Shown in pieces: positions 8,735 through 17,197 of a stretch of DNA of 52,950 nt (the stretch's first letter is position 1; each line of letters starts with the position of its first letter). The notes under the pieces are model-generated. The model searched no databases, was not told where the DNA came from, and saw only the letters and a program-made list of their open reading frames with translations. A program made the position numbers and the translations under genes. The DNA lies in assembly GCA_036554965.1 (NCBI GenBank), contig DATBMG010000026.1, forward strand, positions 1-52,950, in the 5' to 3' direction. This DNA comes from Burkholderiales bacterium. GTDB lineage: Bacteria; Pseudomonadota; Gammaproteobacteria; Burkholderiales; SHXO01.

Positions 8735-9196
8735 ATGTTCGAATTCAAGCGCAGGAATCCGAGGGCGTCCTCCGACGGCGAAGTCGGTCGTCCCGCACGC
8801 GCCTTCCAGGACGGGATCGCCGCGCTGCGCTACGCATGCAGATTCCTGGAGTGTCCGCTGCACGAGGGCGTGTTCCTGCCGGCTGTCGTCCTCGATCCCC
8901 GGGAAGTGCTCGAGCGGCAAAATGCGGTCAAGGTCCAACGCATGGGAAATCAGACTGCTCTGCTGTGCGTTGCGTCGAACGACGGCGGGTTCGTCGTCGC
9001 CGCTCGCACTGCGGGTCCGAAAGGCCCATGGCTCGAGCCGGGGCAACTGGTGGCGTGGAAGGCGGTGCGATACGTGCCGGAGGTCGCGAACGCGGTGAGC
9101 GACAAGAGATTCGGCTGGGTGGGAGTCATTGTCGGCACGCTCAAGCCCGAGCATCGCAACGGCTGCTGGGTCGGCGACGAGATCTTTCGCGCCTGA
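8735..9196 (+). CDS. Hypothetical protein (no recognisable domain)
   Basis: 153-aa ORF with a GC3-biased frame but several rare codons (AGG, AGA, AAT, CAA). It follows the truncated MORN gene. The start is uncertain (an internal ATG would give an 84-aa product). Confidence 0.4.
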   Translation: MFEFKRRNPRASSDGEVGRPARAFQDGIAALRYACRFLECPLHEGVFLPAVVLDPREVLERQNAVKVQRMGNQTALLCVASNDGGFVVAARTAGPKGPWLEPGQLVAWKAVRYVPEVANAVSDKRFGWVGVIVGTLKPEHRNGCWVGDEIFRA

Positions 9197-9335
9197 CCAA
9201 CGGGCGCAGCACCGCACACGTTGCGCGCAGCACGCTCGCTGCGCTGCACGGTAGGTACGCCGGGCCGGCTGCGCTACACTGGCCGCCGAATCGATGCGGG
9301 TCCATCCGGGCTCGTCGACCATCGAGGAGGGCCTC

Positions 9336-10277
9336 ATGCGCATCCCCTTCACTCTGGCCGCAGTCGCCGTCGCCGCGGTCCTGGTCACCCCGGCGGACGC
9401 CCAGCAGGTCACCTTCATGACCGGGCCGCAGGGCGGATCGTGGATCCCACTGGGCGGCGCGCTGAAGGGGATGTGGGAGAAGGAGATCCCCGGCCTGCAC
9501 ATCCAGCAGACGCCCGGCGCCGGCATCGCCAACGTGCGCGGTGTCGACGAAGGCAAGGCGCACATCGGACTCGCGAACTCGAGCACCACGGTCGACGGGC
9601 TCGAAGGCCGCGCGCCATACCCGAAGAAGACCACCAAGGTCTGCCAGCTCGCCAACCTCTATCCGCAGTACTTCCAGATCGTCGCCACCGCGGACGCGAA
9701 GATCGGCTCGCTCGCCGACCTCAAGGGCAAGACGCTGGTGACCCAGCCCAAGGGCAACACCGCTGAGGCGGTGACCGCGCTGGTGTTGCAGATCAACGGC
9801 ATGGACTACCGCTCGCTCGCGAAGGTTAACTTCCAGGCCGCGTACACCGACGCGGTGTCGATGATGAAGGACGGGCACGCGCAGGTGTTTACGCTGGGCA
9901 CCACGGCCCCGGCTTCGGCCGTGATGGACCTCGCCAGCGCGCGCGACGTGAAGCTGGTACCGGTCGACGACAAGACCATGACCGCGATGCGCAAGGCCAA
10001 CTCCGGCTACATCAAACGCGTGATCAAGGCCAACACCTATCCGAAGCAGGACAAGGACGTCCCGGTGATCGGCTACTCGACTCATGTCGTGGTCGCCTGC
10101 GATCTGCCCGAGGACACCGTCTACCGGATGGCGAGGGCGATGGCCGCCAACGTCGACAGCATGGCGGCGGTGGTCAAGTCGATCGCCGGCCTCACCCCCA
10201 AGGACATGGCGCTCGACATCGGCGTGCCGTTCCACAAGGGGGCGGCGAAGTTCTACAGGGAAGCCGGCGCGCTCTGA
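9336..10277 (+). CDS. TAXI-family TRAP transporter solute-binding subunit
   Basis: ATG at 9336 after GAGGAGG. Signal peptide MRIPFTLAAVAVAAVLVTPADA. TAXI motifs (TGPQGGSW, GAGIANV, HKGAAKFYREAG). Confidence 0.9.
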   Translation: MRIPFTLAAVAVAAVLVTPADAQQVTFMTGPQGGSWIPLGGALKGMWEKEIPGLHIQQTPGAGIANVRGVDEGKAHIGLANSSTTVDGLEGRAPYPKKTTKVCQLANLYPQYFQIVATADAKIGSLADLKGKTLVTQPKGNTAEAVTALVLQINGMDYRSLAKVNFQAAYTDAVSMMKDGHAQVFTLGTTAPASAVMDLASARDVKLVPVDDKTMTAMRKANSGYIKRVIKANTYPKQDKDVPVIGYSTHVVVACDLPEDTVYRMARAMAANVDSMAAVVKSIAGLTPKDMALDIGVPFHKGAAKFYREAGAL

Positions 10278-10347
10278 GGCGCACGGCGCGCGCGACAGGT
10301 TTGCCGACCGGGCGGCGCCGCCGTCCGGTGCTGCGTCGGGAGGGCGC

Positions 10348-12201
10348 ATGTCGGACGAGAAGGCCGCCACCACACCGGTTACGCGCTGGCTGCGATGGAC
10401 CGTCGCGGCCGTAGCCGTGACGATGTCGGTGTACCACATGTATGTCGCGGCATTCGGCCCGCCGGAGGCGATGATCTTCCGCGGCACGCACCTGCTGTTC
10501 GCCCTGACGCTCGTATTCCTGCTGTTCCCGTTGCGCCGCGGCGCACCCTGGCGCGCGCTCGACGCGCTGCTGCTCGCCGGCGGCTGGGCCTGCGTCCTGT
10601 ACATCTTCTTCAACTACGAGTACTACACCAACCGCATCATCTACATCGACGAGCTGACCTTCTGGGACAGGTTCTACGCTGTCGTCGCGGTGCTGGTGGT
10701 CCTCGAGGGCACGCGCCGCGTGATCGGCTGGGCGTTGCCGCTCACCGCGGTCGCGTTCCTCGCCTACGTCGTGTTCTTCAGCAACGTGGCGACCCCGGTG
10801 CTCCTGGAGCAGCTATACCTCTCGACCGAGGGCATCTTCGGCTCCACGCTCGGCGTGTCGGCCTCCTACGTGATGCTCTTCGTGCTGTTCGGCGCATTCA
10901 TGGAGCGCAGCGGTACCGGGCAGCTGTTCATGGATTTCGCGATGTCGATCACCGGGCACTCGGCTGGCGGTCCGGGCAAGGTCGCGGTGGTCAGCTCGTC
11001 GTTGTTCGGCACGGTGTCGGGCAGCGCCGTGGCCAACGTCATGGTCGACGGCCCGATCACGATCCCGCTGATGAAGCGCACCGGGTTCCGGCCGCCGTTC
11101 GCGGCCGCGGTCGAAGCAGTGGCATCGACCGGCGGGCAGCTGATGCCGCCGATCATGGGCGCGGCCGCCTTTGTGATGGCCGAGTTCCTCGCGGTGCCGT
11201 ATGCGCAGGTCGCGCTATGGGCTGCGATTCCCGCGCTGCTGTATTACGTGGCGGTGTTCTTCGCGGTGCACTTCGAGGCGAAGCGTTGCGGGCTCGCCGG
11301 CGTGCCGAGGGAGCAGCTACCGCGCTTCACCCGCGTGATGGCCGCGCGCGGCCACCTGTTCGCGCCGATCCTGGTGATCCTGACCGGTCTCTTTCTCGGC
11401 TACTCGGCGCCGCTGTGCGCGCTGGCGGGCGCGCTGTCGTGCCTGCCGATCGCTCTGGTGCGCGCAACCACGCGCGCCGGCATCACCTGGCGCACGGTGC
11501 TCGAGGCGCTCGAGGACGGCGCGCGCAACACGCTGGCGGTGGCGATGGCCTGCGCCTGCGCCGGCATCGTCATCGGCTGCGTGACGATCACCGGGCTCGG
11601 CATCACGTTCACGCAGCTGGTCATCGCGCTGGCGCAGAACTCCCTGGTGCTCGCGCTGGTGCTCACTGCGATCGCCGGCATCATCCTGGGCATGGGTATG
11701 CCGACCACCCCCGCCTACATCGTGATGGTCGCGCTGCTGGTGCCAGCGGTCATCAAGCTCGGGGCGGTGACACCGGCGGCGCACATGTTCGCGTTCTACT
11801 TCGCGATCCTGTCGGCGATCACCCCGCCGGTGGCGTTGGCGGTGTTCGCCGCGGCGGGCCTCGCGAAGGCGAACATGTGGGCGGCGGGCTGGGCCGCGAT
11901 GCGCGCCGCGGCGCCCGCCTACATCGTGCCGTTCATGTTCGTCTACGAGCCGGCCCTGCTGCTCCTGGGCGACTGGACAGTGAGCCTCCACGCGACGATC
12001 ACCGCCACCGTCGGAGTGATCCTGCTCGCCGGCGGGCTGTTCGGCTACCTGATGCACCCGGCCACCCCCTGGCAGCGCGCGCTGCTCATCACCGCCGCGC
12101 TGTTGCTGATCAAGCCGGGCTGGATCACCGATCTCGTCGGCCTCGGTCTTGCCGCCATGGTTCTGGCGGCGCAGCTGGCCCGAGCCCGCGTGGCGCGCTG
12201 A
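10348..12201 (+). CDS. TRAP transporter fused permease subunit (TAXI-associated DctQM type)
   Basis: In-frame ATG at 10348. 617-aa polytopic membrane protein (SVYHMYVAAFGPPEAMIFRGTHLLF..., GPGKVAVVSSSLFGTVSGSAVANV) directly downstream of the TAXI binding protein. Confidence 0.9.
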   Translation: MSDEKAATTPVTRWLRWTVAAVAVTMSVYHMYVAAFGPPEAMIFRGTHLLFALTLVFLLFPLRRGAPWRALDALLLAGGWACVLYIFFNYEYYTNRIIYIDELTFWDRFYAVVAVLVVLEGTRRVIGWALPLTAVAFLAYVVFFSNVATPVLLEQLYLSTEGIFGSTLGVSASYVMLFVLFGAFMERSGTGQLFMDFAMSITGHSAGGPGKVAVVSSSLFGTVSGSAVANVMVDGPITIPLMKRTGFRPPFAAAVEAVASTGGQLMPPIMGAAAFVMAEFLAVPYAQVALWAAIPALLYYVAVFFAVHFEAKRCGLAGVPREQLPRFTRVMAARGHLFAPILVILTGLFLGYSAPLCALAGALSCLPIALVRATTRAGITWRTVLEALEDGARNTLAVAMACACAGIVIGCVTITGLGITFTQLVIALAQNSLVLALVLTAIAGIILGMGMPTTPAYIVMVALLVPAVIKLGAVTPAAHMFAFYFAILSAITPPVALAVFAAAGLAKANMWAAGWAAMRAAAPAYIVPFMFVYEPALLLLGDWTVSLHATITATVGVILLAGGLFGYLMHPATPWQRALLITAALLLIKPGWITDLVGLGLAAMVLAAQLARARVAR

Positions 12202-12367
12202 GTCGATCGTGTGAAGGTACCCGCCGCGCGCAACGCTCCGGCCGGCATCCGCTGCAACAAACGGCGCGATGTTCGGTCATCGTGTTGCCACTGTCGTTCC
12301 GTACGATGAGGTCCATCTGCGCGCGATCGCGCACAGAATCCACCGGCTTCAGCTCGAGGAGCGTTCC

Positions 12368-13678
12368 ATGCGCAACGGATTCTTCACATTGGCGTTGGGC
12401 GCGTGCGCTGCGATGTGCATGTCGCCAGCGCCGGCACAGGCGGATCCGGACAACCGCTTTTTCAACGGCAAGTACGAGGACTACTACGATGGCGGCGGCT
12501 ACTACGACAACCACGGCCGCAAGCAGCAGGACGACGGTGTGCAGTTGGGCGCGCGGCCGTTCTACCTGGTCGAGGGGATGGACGAGGGAAAGTTGAAGAG
12601 ACGGCTGATGCAGTGTCGGGACGGACCCTTCTATCGTACTGACTTCTCCATCGGGCATCGCGGCGCAGCCCTGCAGTTCCCGGAGCACACCAAGGAGTCC
12701 TACGAAGCGGGGGCGCGCATGGGTGCGGGCATCGTCGAGTGCGACGTCACCTTCACCAAGGACGGAGAGCTGGTGTGCCGTCACGCCGAGTGCGATCTCC
12801 ACACCACTACGGATATTGTGGCCACAGCGCTGAACGCCAAGTGCACGGTGCCGTGGACCGGACTTGCGGGACCGGCTCCGAGCTGCTGTGCCAGCGACCT
12901 GACGCTGGCCGAGTTCAAGACCCTTCGGGGCAAGATGGACGCGAGCAACGCGGGCGCCGCCACGGCTGCGGGATTCCTGGGCGGTACGGCAAGCTGGCGC
13001 ACGGACCTGTACACCGGCCGCGGCACGCTGCTCACGCTGAAGGAGAGCATCGAGCTGAACAAGGCCCTGGGTGTGAAGCATACGCCTGAGTTGAAGTCCG
13101 GAGATCCGGCGCGCATCGCCGCGATCTTCGGCGACCAGGCCGGTTACGCGCAGAAGATGATCGACGCCTTCAAGGAAGCGGGCGTCCATCCGCGAGACGT
13201 GTGGGCGCAGTCCTTCAACAAAGAGGATGTCCTGTACTGGATTCGGCACGAGCCGCGCTTCGGGAGGCAGGCGGTCTATCTGGACGATATCGATCCAACC
13301 GTTATGCCTCCGGTTCCACCGCTTTCCCTGGCCGAGTTGCAGGAGCTGAAAGCGCAAGGGGTGAAGATCATCGCACCGCCGATCCCTGCGCTCCTGGCGG
13401 TCAACGCCGGTAAAGTCGTTCCTTCGCAGTACGCGCTGGACATCAAGGGCGTTGGCTTCGACATCATCACCTGGACCTTCGAGCGCTCGGACCTGCGCCG
13501 GGGCGCGGCCTTCGCAGGGTTCTATTACGCTTTCGATCCGCTGGGCGAGGCCATCGAGAAGGACAGCGACATGTACGAGGCGCTCGACGTGCTCGCGCGC
13601 AAGGTCGGAATCCTGGGTATCTTCTCCGACTGGCCCGCCACCGTCACCTACTACGCCAACTGCATGGGTCTCAGATAA
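12368..13678 (+). CDS. Secreted glycerophosphodiester phosphodiesterase (GDPD) family protein
   Basis: In-frame ATG at 12368, signal peptide, and the GDPD catalytic region [46 protein letters not shown]. Confidence 0.85.
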   Translation: MRNGFFTLALGACAAMCMSPAPAQADPDNRFFNGKYEDYYDGGGYYDNHGRKQQDDGVQLGARPFYLVEGMDEGKLKRRLMQCRDGPFYRTDFSIGHRGAALQFPEHTKESYEAGARMGAGIVECDVTFTKDGELVCRHAECDLHTTTDIVATALNAKCTVPWTGLAGPAPSCCASDLTLAEFKTLRGKMDASNAGAATAAGFLGGTASWRTDLYTGRGTLLTLKESIELNKALGVKHTPELKSGDPARIAAIFGDQAGYAQKMIDAFKEAGVHPRDVWAQSFNKEDVLYWIRHEPRFGRQAVYLDDIDPTVMPPVPPLSLAELQELKAQGVKIIAPPIPALLAVNAGKVVPSQYALDIKGVGFDIITWTFERSDLRRGAAFAGFYYAFDPLGEAIEKDSDMYEALDVLARKVGILGIFSDWPATVTYYANCMGLR

Positions 13679-13765
13679 GTCGGCTGCATGGGTCTCAGAT
13701 AAGTCGGCTGCATGGCTCTGAAATGAACCGGCTGCATGGGTCAGAAGTGGACCCGGCTGCATGAG
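13660..13765 (+). repeat. About 4.4 copies of a 24-nt tandem repeat (CTGCATGGGTCTCAGATAAGTCGG)
   Basis: Copies at 13660-13683 and 13684-13707 are identical. Those at 13708-13731 and 13732-13756 are diverged, and a partial copy at 13757-13765 runs into the AGGAG RBS of the next gene. Copy 1 contains the last 5 codons and the TAA stop of the GDPD gene. Confidence 0.9.
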
Positions 13766-13778
13766 AGGAGAATGATCG

Positions 13779-15995
13779 ATGCGCGCTGCGCCGACCGGAA
13801 TGCTGATCGCGGGAGCGATGGCCGCTGGCCTGGTGGCGGCCATCGCTCCCACCGCAAACGCCCAGCCCGGGGTGGTGCTGATCTCCCTGGACGGCGCCAA
13901 GCCGGAGCTGGTAGAGCGGTATCTGCGCGACGGGGTGCTCGATCGCCGAGAAGGACTGGGCCGCCTACGCGCGCACGGCGTCTTCGCGCGCCAGAACATC
14001 ACCGCGACGCCCTCGGTCACCGCCGTGTCGCACATCGCCATCGCGACCGGCGCGACGGCGGTTCACAACGATATCCCGGCCAACACCTTTCATCCGGTGG
14101 CGGCGACCATCGGCACGAGCATCAGCGGATTCGGTGCGCCGATCGGCGGCTACCAGGTCAGCCCGCTCGGCGCTGCGGCCGCACCCACCGCGCAGCCGCT
14201 ATGGGTGCGCCTGCGCGAGGCCGGCCTCAAGGTGGTGACCGCCACGTGGCCGGGCAGCGACGGCGCCGACATCCGCATCGCGAACACCCTGGTGCAGCCG
14301 GCGGTGCCTACGCGCATCACCGACTACAGCCTGCCGTTCGGCGCTTTCGGCGGCCTGGGCGCGCAAGGGTTCGCACTGGCTGCGGCGGATTTCGAAGACG
14401 CCCCGCAGCCGCTCGTCGACCAGCTCGCGGCGGCAGGCGGCAGCTCGTACAGTCCCGTACGGGTGACGATGAATCCGATCCAGACTTTGTTCTGCGCGCC
14501 GACCGCCGGTAGCACCTGCGGCACCACGAATGCCGCGGGTCGGACGCTGCGCTACGACCTCAAGGCGGCGGCGCTCGACACGAGCGACGATGCGGCAGTC
14601 AACTACGACACGCTAGCCGTCTTCGACGCCAACGCTGGCGTGCCGGCTGGGCCGTTCACGCCGCCTTCCACCGGTCCGGCGTATGTGCAACGCGGCGGAC
14701 CGTCCGGCAGGTTCTTTTTCGAAGGTTCGGGAAATCGAATCGGCACGGCGTTTTTCGTCAGCCGTCTCGAGCCCGATCTGTCGGCGGTGCGCCTGGTGCG
14801 CTACTCCGCCAACTTCATCCCGCGCAACGCACCGGTGATCGACGTGGTCGATGATGTCAACGGTCATGTCGGCTTCTGGGCGCCCCAGCCCGACTTCCGC
14901 ATTCCGGAGCGCCTGAGCCCGGGCTTCGCCGCTTTTCCGGACACGGAGCTGGAGGCGGTCTATCGCGACCAGGTCGCCACCTTCACCCACTACCAGACCG
15001 AGCTGGCGCTGCACGCCATCCGGCGCAACGCCGACGCCGACCTGGTGATGATTTACCTCGAGCAGCCCGACGGTTCGGGACACCAGTTCACTCTGACCGA
15101 TCCGCGGCAGCCGACCGACCCGGCGGACCCGACCAGCATCGGCGCGCCGGGCGATCCGCCCGGCGCGAGCGGGCAGGACGCCGCGAAGGTGAAACGCTAC
15201 GCGGAGCACCTGGCGTTCGCCTATCAGCGCGCCGATCGGGCGGTGCAACGCATCGTGCAGGAGGTGGGAGTGGACAAGCACGGCGCGCCCTTGAGCGATG
15301 TGTTCGTGGTTTCCGACCACGGCATGGCACCGTTTCACACCGCCGTGCAGCTCACCAATCTGCTCGCGAACGCCGGCATCGAGGCCGGCGCGCTCGCCGT
15401 TCGCACCACCGGGCCGGCGGCGAACATCTACGTCAACCTCGCGGGCCGCGAATCGGGCGGCACCGTGGCGCCGGCCGACTTTCAGAACTTGGTCGAGCGC
15501 ATCGCAGTCCCTCTTCGTACCGTCGTGGATAGCAACGGCTTCTACAACCCTTCCGCAAGGGCGCTGTTCTCGCACGTGTGGACGCGGCCAGGCGGCTGCG
15601 GCAAGCCTGGCTTCTGCACCGACGACCACGTCGGCCAGGACTCGGGCGATGTGGTGGCGTTGATGGCGGAAGGCTACAACTTCGACGGCACGCAGGCGCC
15701 GCCGGTGGCACGCCTGGGCGATACCCCGGAGGCAACTGGTATCTATTCCGTGCCCAACTTCTACGGCGCGCACGGTCACGATTCCAACCTGCGGTCGATG
15801 AGCGCCATCCTGTATGCCGCGGGCCCGAGCCTGAAGCGCGGGAAGAGTCTGCGCACGGTGCGCAACATCGACATCGCGCCGACGATCATGGAGATCCTCG
15901 GGGTGGCTCCGGCCGCCACCGTGGACGGCCAGGTGATCTGCGGGATCTTGGACCACGCGCAGCGCGATCGGCGCCGTGGACACCGCCGCTTCTAG
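13779..15995 (+). CDS. Secreted alkaline-phosphatase-superfamily phosphodiesterase / nucleotide pyrophosphatase (NPP-type)
   Basis: Signal peptide. Metal-site motif VVLISLDGAKPE, nucleophile region TATPSVTAVSHIAIATG, and VVSDHGMAPFH motif. 738 aa. Confidence 0.8.
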   Translation: MRAAPTGMLIAGAMAAGLVAAIAPTANAQPGVVLISLDGAKPELVERYLRDGVLDRREGLGRLRAHGVFARQNITATPSVTAVSHIAIATGATAVHNDIPANTFHPVAATIGTSISGFGAPIGGYQVSPLGAAAAPTAQPLWVRLREAGLKVVTATWPGSDGADIRIANTLVQPAVPTRITDYSLPFGAFGGLGAQGFALAAADFEDAPQPLVDQLAAAGGSSYSPVRVTMNPIQTLFCAPTAGSTCGTTNAAGRTLRYDLKAAALDTSDDAAVNYDTLAVFDANAGVPAGPFTPPSTGPAYVQRGGPSGRFFFEGSGNRIGTAFFVSRLEPDLSAVRLVRYSANFIPRNAPVIDVVDDVNGHVGFWAPQPDFRIPERLSPGFAAFPDTELEAVYRDQVATFTHYQTELALHAIRRNADADLVMIYLEQPDGSGHQFTLTDPRQPTDPADPTSIGAPGDPPGASGQDAAKVKRYAEHLAFAYQRADRAVQRIVQEVGVDKHGAPLSDVFVVSDHGMAPFHTAVQLTNLLANAGIEAGALAVRTTGPAANIYVNLAGRESGGTVAPADFQNLVERIAVPLRTVVDSNGFYNPSARALFSHVWTRPGGCGKPGFCTDDHVGQDSGDVVALMAEGYNFDGTQAPPVARLGDTPEATGIYSVPNFYGAHGHDSNLRSMSAILYAAGPSLKRGKSLRTVRNIDIAPTIMEILGVAPAATVDGQVICGILDHAQRDRRRGHRRF

Positions 15996-16056
15996 TTCTT
16001 TTCCCTGTTTCCAGCGGAGGAGGTGAGGGCCTGCCCTCGTCGCCGCTTGCGCCGCT

Positions 16057-17109
16057 TCAGCGGCCCGAGTCCAGCTCTCCGGGCGTGACTTGCTTGGTGA
16101 GCTTCTGCGCCCGGCGCAGCACGGTCACCTGTGCGCTACGGCCGACGTATTCCTCGGACAGCAGCCGGTGCAGATCGTCGATGCCGGCCACCGGCTTGCC
16201 GTCCCAGGCCACGATCAGGTCGCCGGCCTCGAGGCCGGCGCGGTGTGCCGGGCTGCCGTCCTCCACCGACGTGACGCGTACGCCGGACTCGATCGCCAGA
16301 TCGAAGTAGCGCACCATCCGACGCGGCAGCGGCGTATTCTGGCCCGCCATACCGAGATATCCGCGGCGCACGCGCCCGTGCCGCAGGAGCTGGCCGACCA
16401 CCACCTTGGCCGTGTCGATGGCGGTGGCGAAGCAGATGCCCTGCGCGGCCGCGATGATGGCGGTATTCACGCCGATCACTTCGCCGCGCGAGTTCATCAA
16501 CGGGCCGCCGGAGTTGCCCGGGTTAAGCGCGGCATCGGTTTGGATCACATCGTCGATCAGACGGCCGGACTGCGCGCGCAGAGAACGGCCCAGCGCGCTC
16601 ACCACGCCGGTGGTGACGGTGCATTCGAAGCCGTACGGGTTGCCGATCGCGATTGCTAGCTGGCCCACGCGCAGCCCGCGCGAGCCGCCCAGCGTCACGG
16701 TGGGCAGTTTGCTCCCCGACACGCGGATCAGCGCCAGGTCGGTGTGCGGGTCGTCGCCGATCAGGTCGGCGTCGGCCGTCTGACCGTCGTTGAACGCGAC
16801 CGTCAATCTGGAAGCCCCGCCGGCGACATGGCTGTTGGTGAGGATCAGCCCGTCCGGCGTGAAGATGAAACCCGAACCGCTGCCCTCGAGGTCGCGCTGA
16901 CCCTCGCGCGTGCGCACACGGCGGCGCACGTCGATCTTTACTACGGCGGGGCTGGCGGCGTCGGCCACCTGCACCACCGCGCGCGAATAGGCGTCGAGCA
17001 GATCCGCGTCGTCGCCCGCAGGGCGCGCGCTGCGCGCCGAATTCGAAGGTAACGGCCCCGGATCCTCCACCATGTGGAGCCAGGGTGCTCTGGCGGCCGA
17101 TGCGGTCAT
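16057..17109 (-). CDS. Trypsin-like S1C serine protease with a C-terminal PDZ domain (HtrA-like, no obvious signal peptide)
   Basis: In-frame ATG at 17109 after GAGGAGAA. Triad contexts TNSHV, DLALIRV and GNSGGPL. PDZ region VTSVEDGSPAHRAGLEAGDLIVAWDG. Confidence 0.85.
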   Translation of the reverse strand: MTASAARAPWLHMVEDPGPLPSNSARSARPAGDDADLLDAYSRAVVQVADAASPAVVKIDVRRRVRTREGQRDLEGSGSGFIFTPDGLILTNSHVAGGASRLTVAFNDGQTADADLIGDDPHTDLALIRVSGSKLPTVTLGGSRGLRVGQLAIAIGNPYGFECTVTTGVVSALGRSLRAQSGRLIDDVIQTDAALNPGNSGGPLMNSRGEVIGVNTAIIAAAQGICFATAIDTAKVVVGQLLRHGRVRRGYLGMAGQNTPLPRRMVRYFDLAIESGVRVTSVEDGSPAHRAGLEAGDLIVAWDGKPVAGIDDLHRLLSEEYVGRSAQVTVLRRAQKLTKQVTPGELDSGR

Positions 17110-17197
17110 GGTGTTCTCCTCGTGGATTCCCGCAAGGAAAGTGCGGGCGCGATCCAGCGAGTTCAAGCGCACCGTGCCGTTCCCACCCCTGGGGCGG

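Noticed and set aside
6602-9655. 1017-aa minus-strand ORF. The same applies to other very long antisense ORFs: 5051..6511(-), 12125..14041(-), 17072..19072(+), 25632..28109(+), 40970..43399(-), 51695..52942(-).
   Set aside because: Each lies antisense to, and spans, well-supported genes with clear family motifs. The translations are Arg/Ala/Gly/Pro-rich with no recognisable domains. Long stop-free antisense frames are expected in DNA this G+C-rich.
12274-12297. A Pho box upstream of the GDPD gene as a firm regulatory call.
   Set aside because: Two CTGTCAT-like heptamers are present, but they are offset by 17 nt rather than the 11-nt phasing of PhoB boxes. I kept it only as a remark within a finding, not as a feature.
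13660-13765. Possible CRISPR array, given the regular 24-nt repeats here and at 44730-44849.
   Set aside because: The units are contiguous with no spacers and decay progressively. They overlap coding sequence, and no cas genes or leader are present. These are tandem duplications, not CRISPR.
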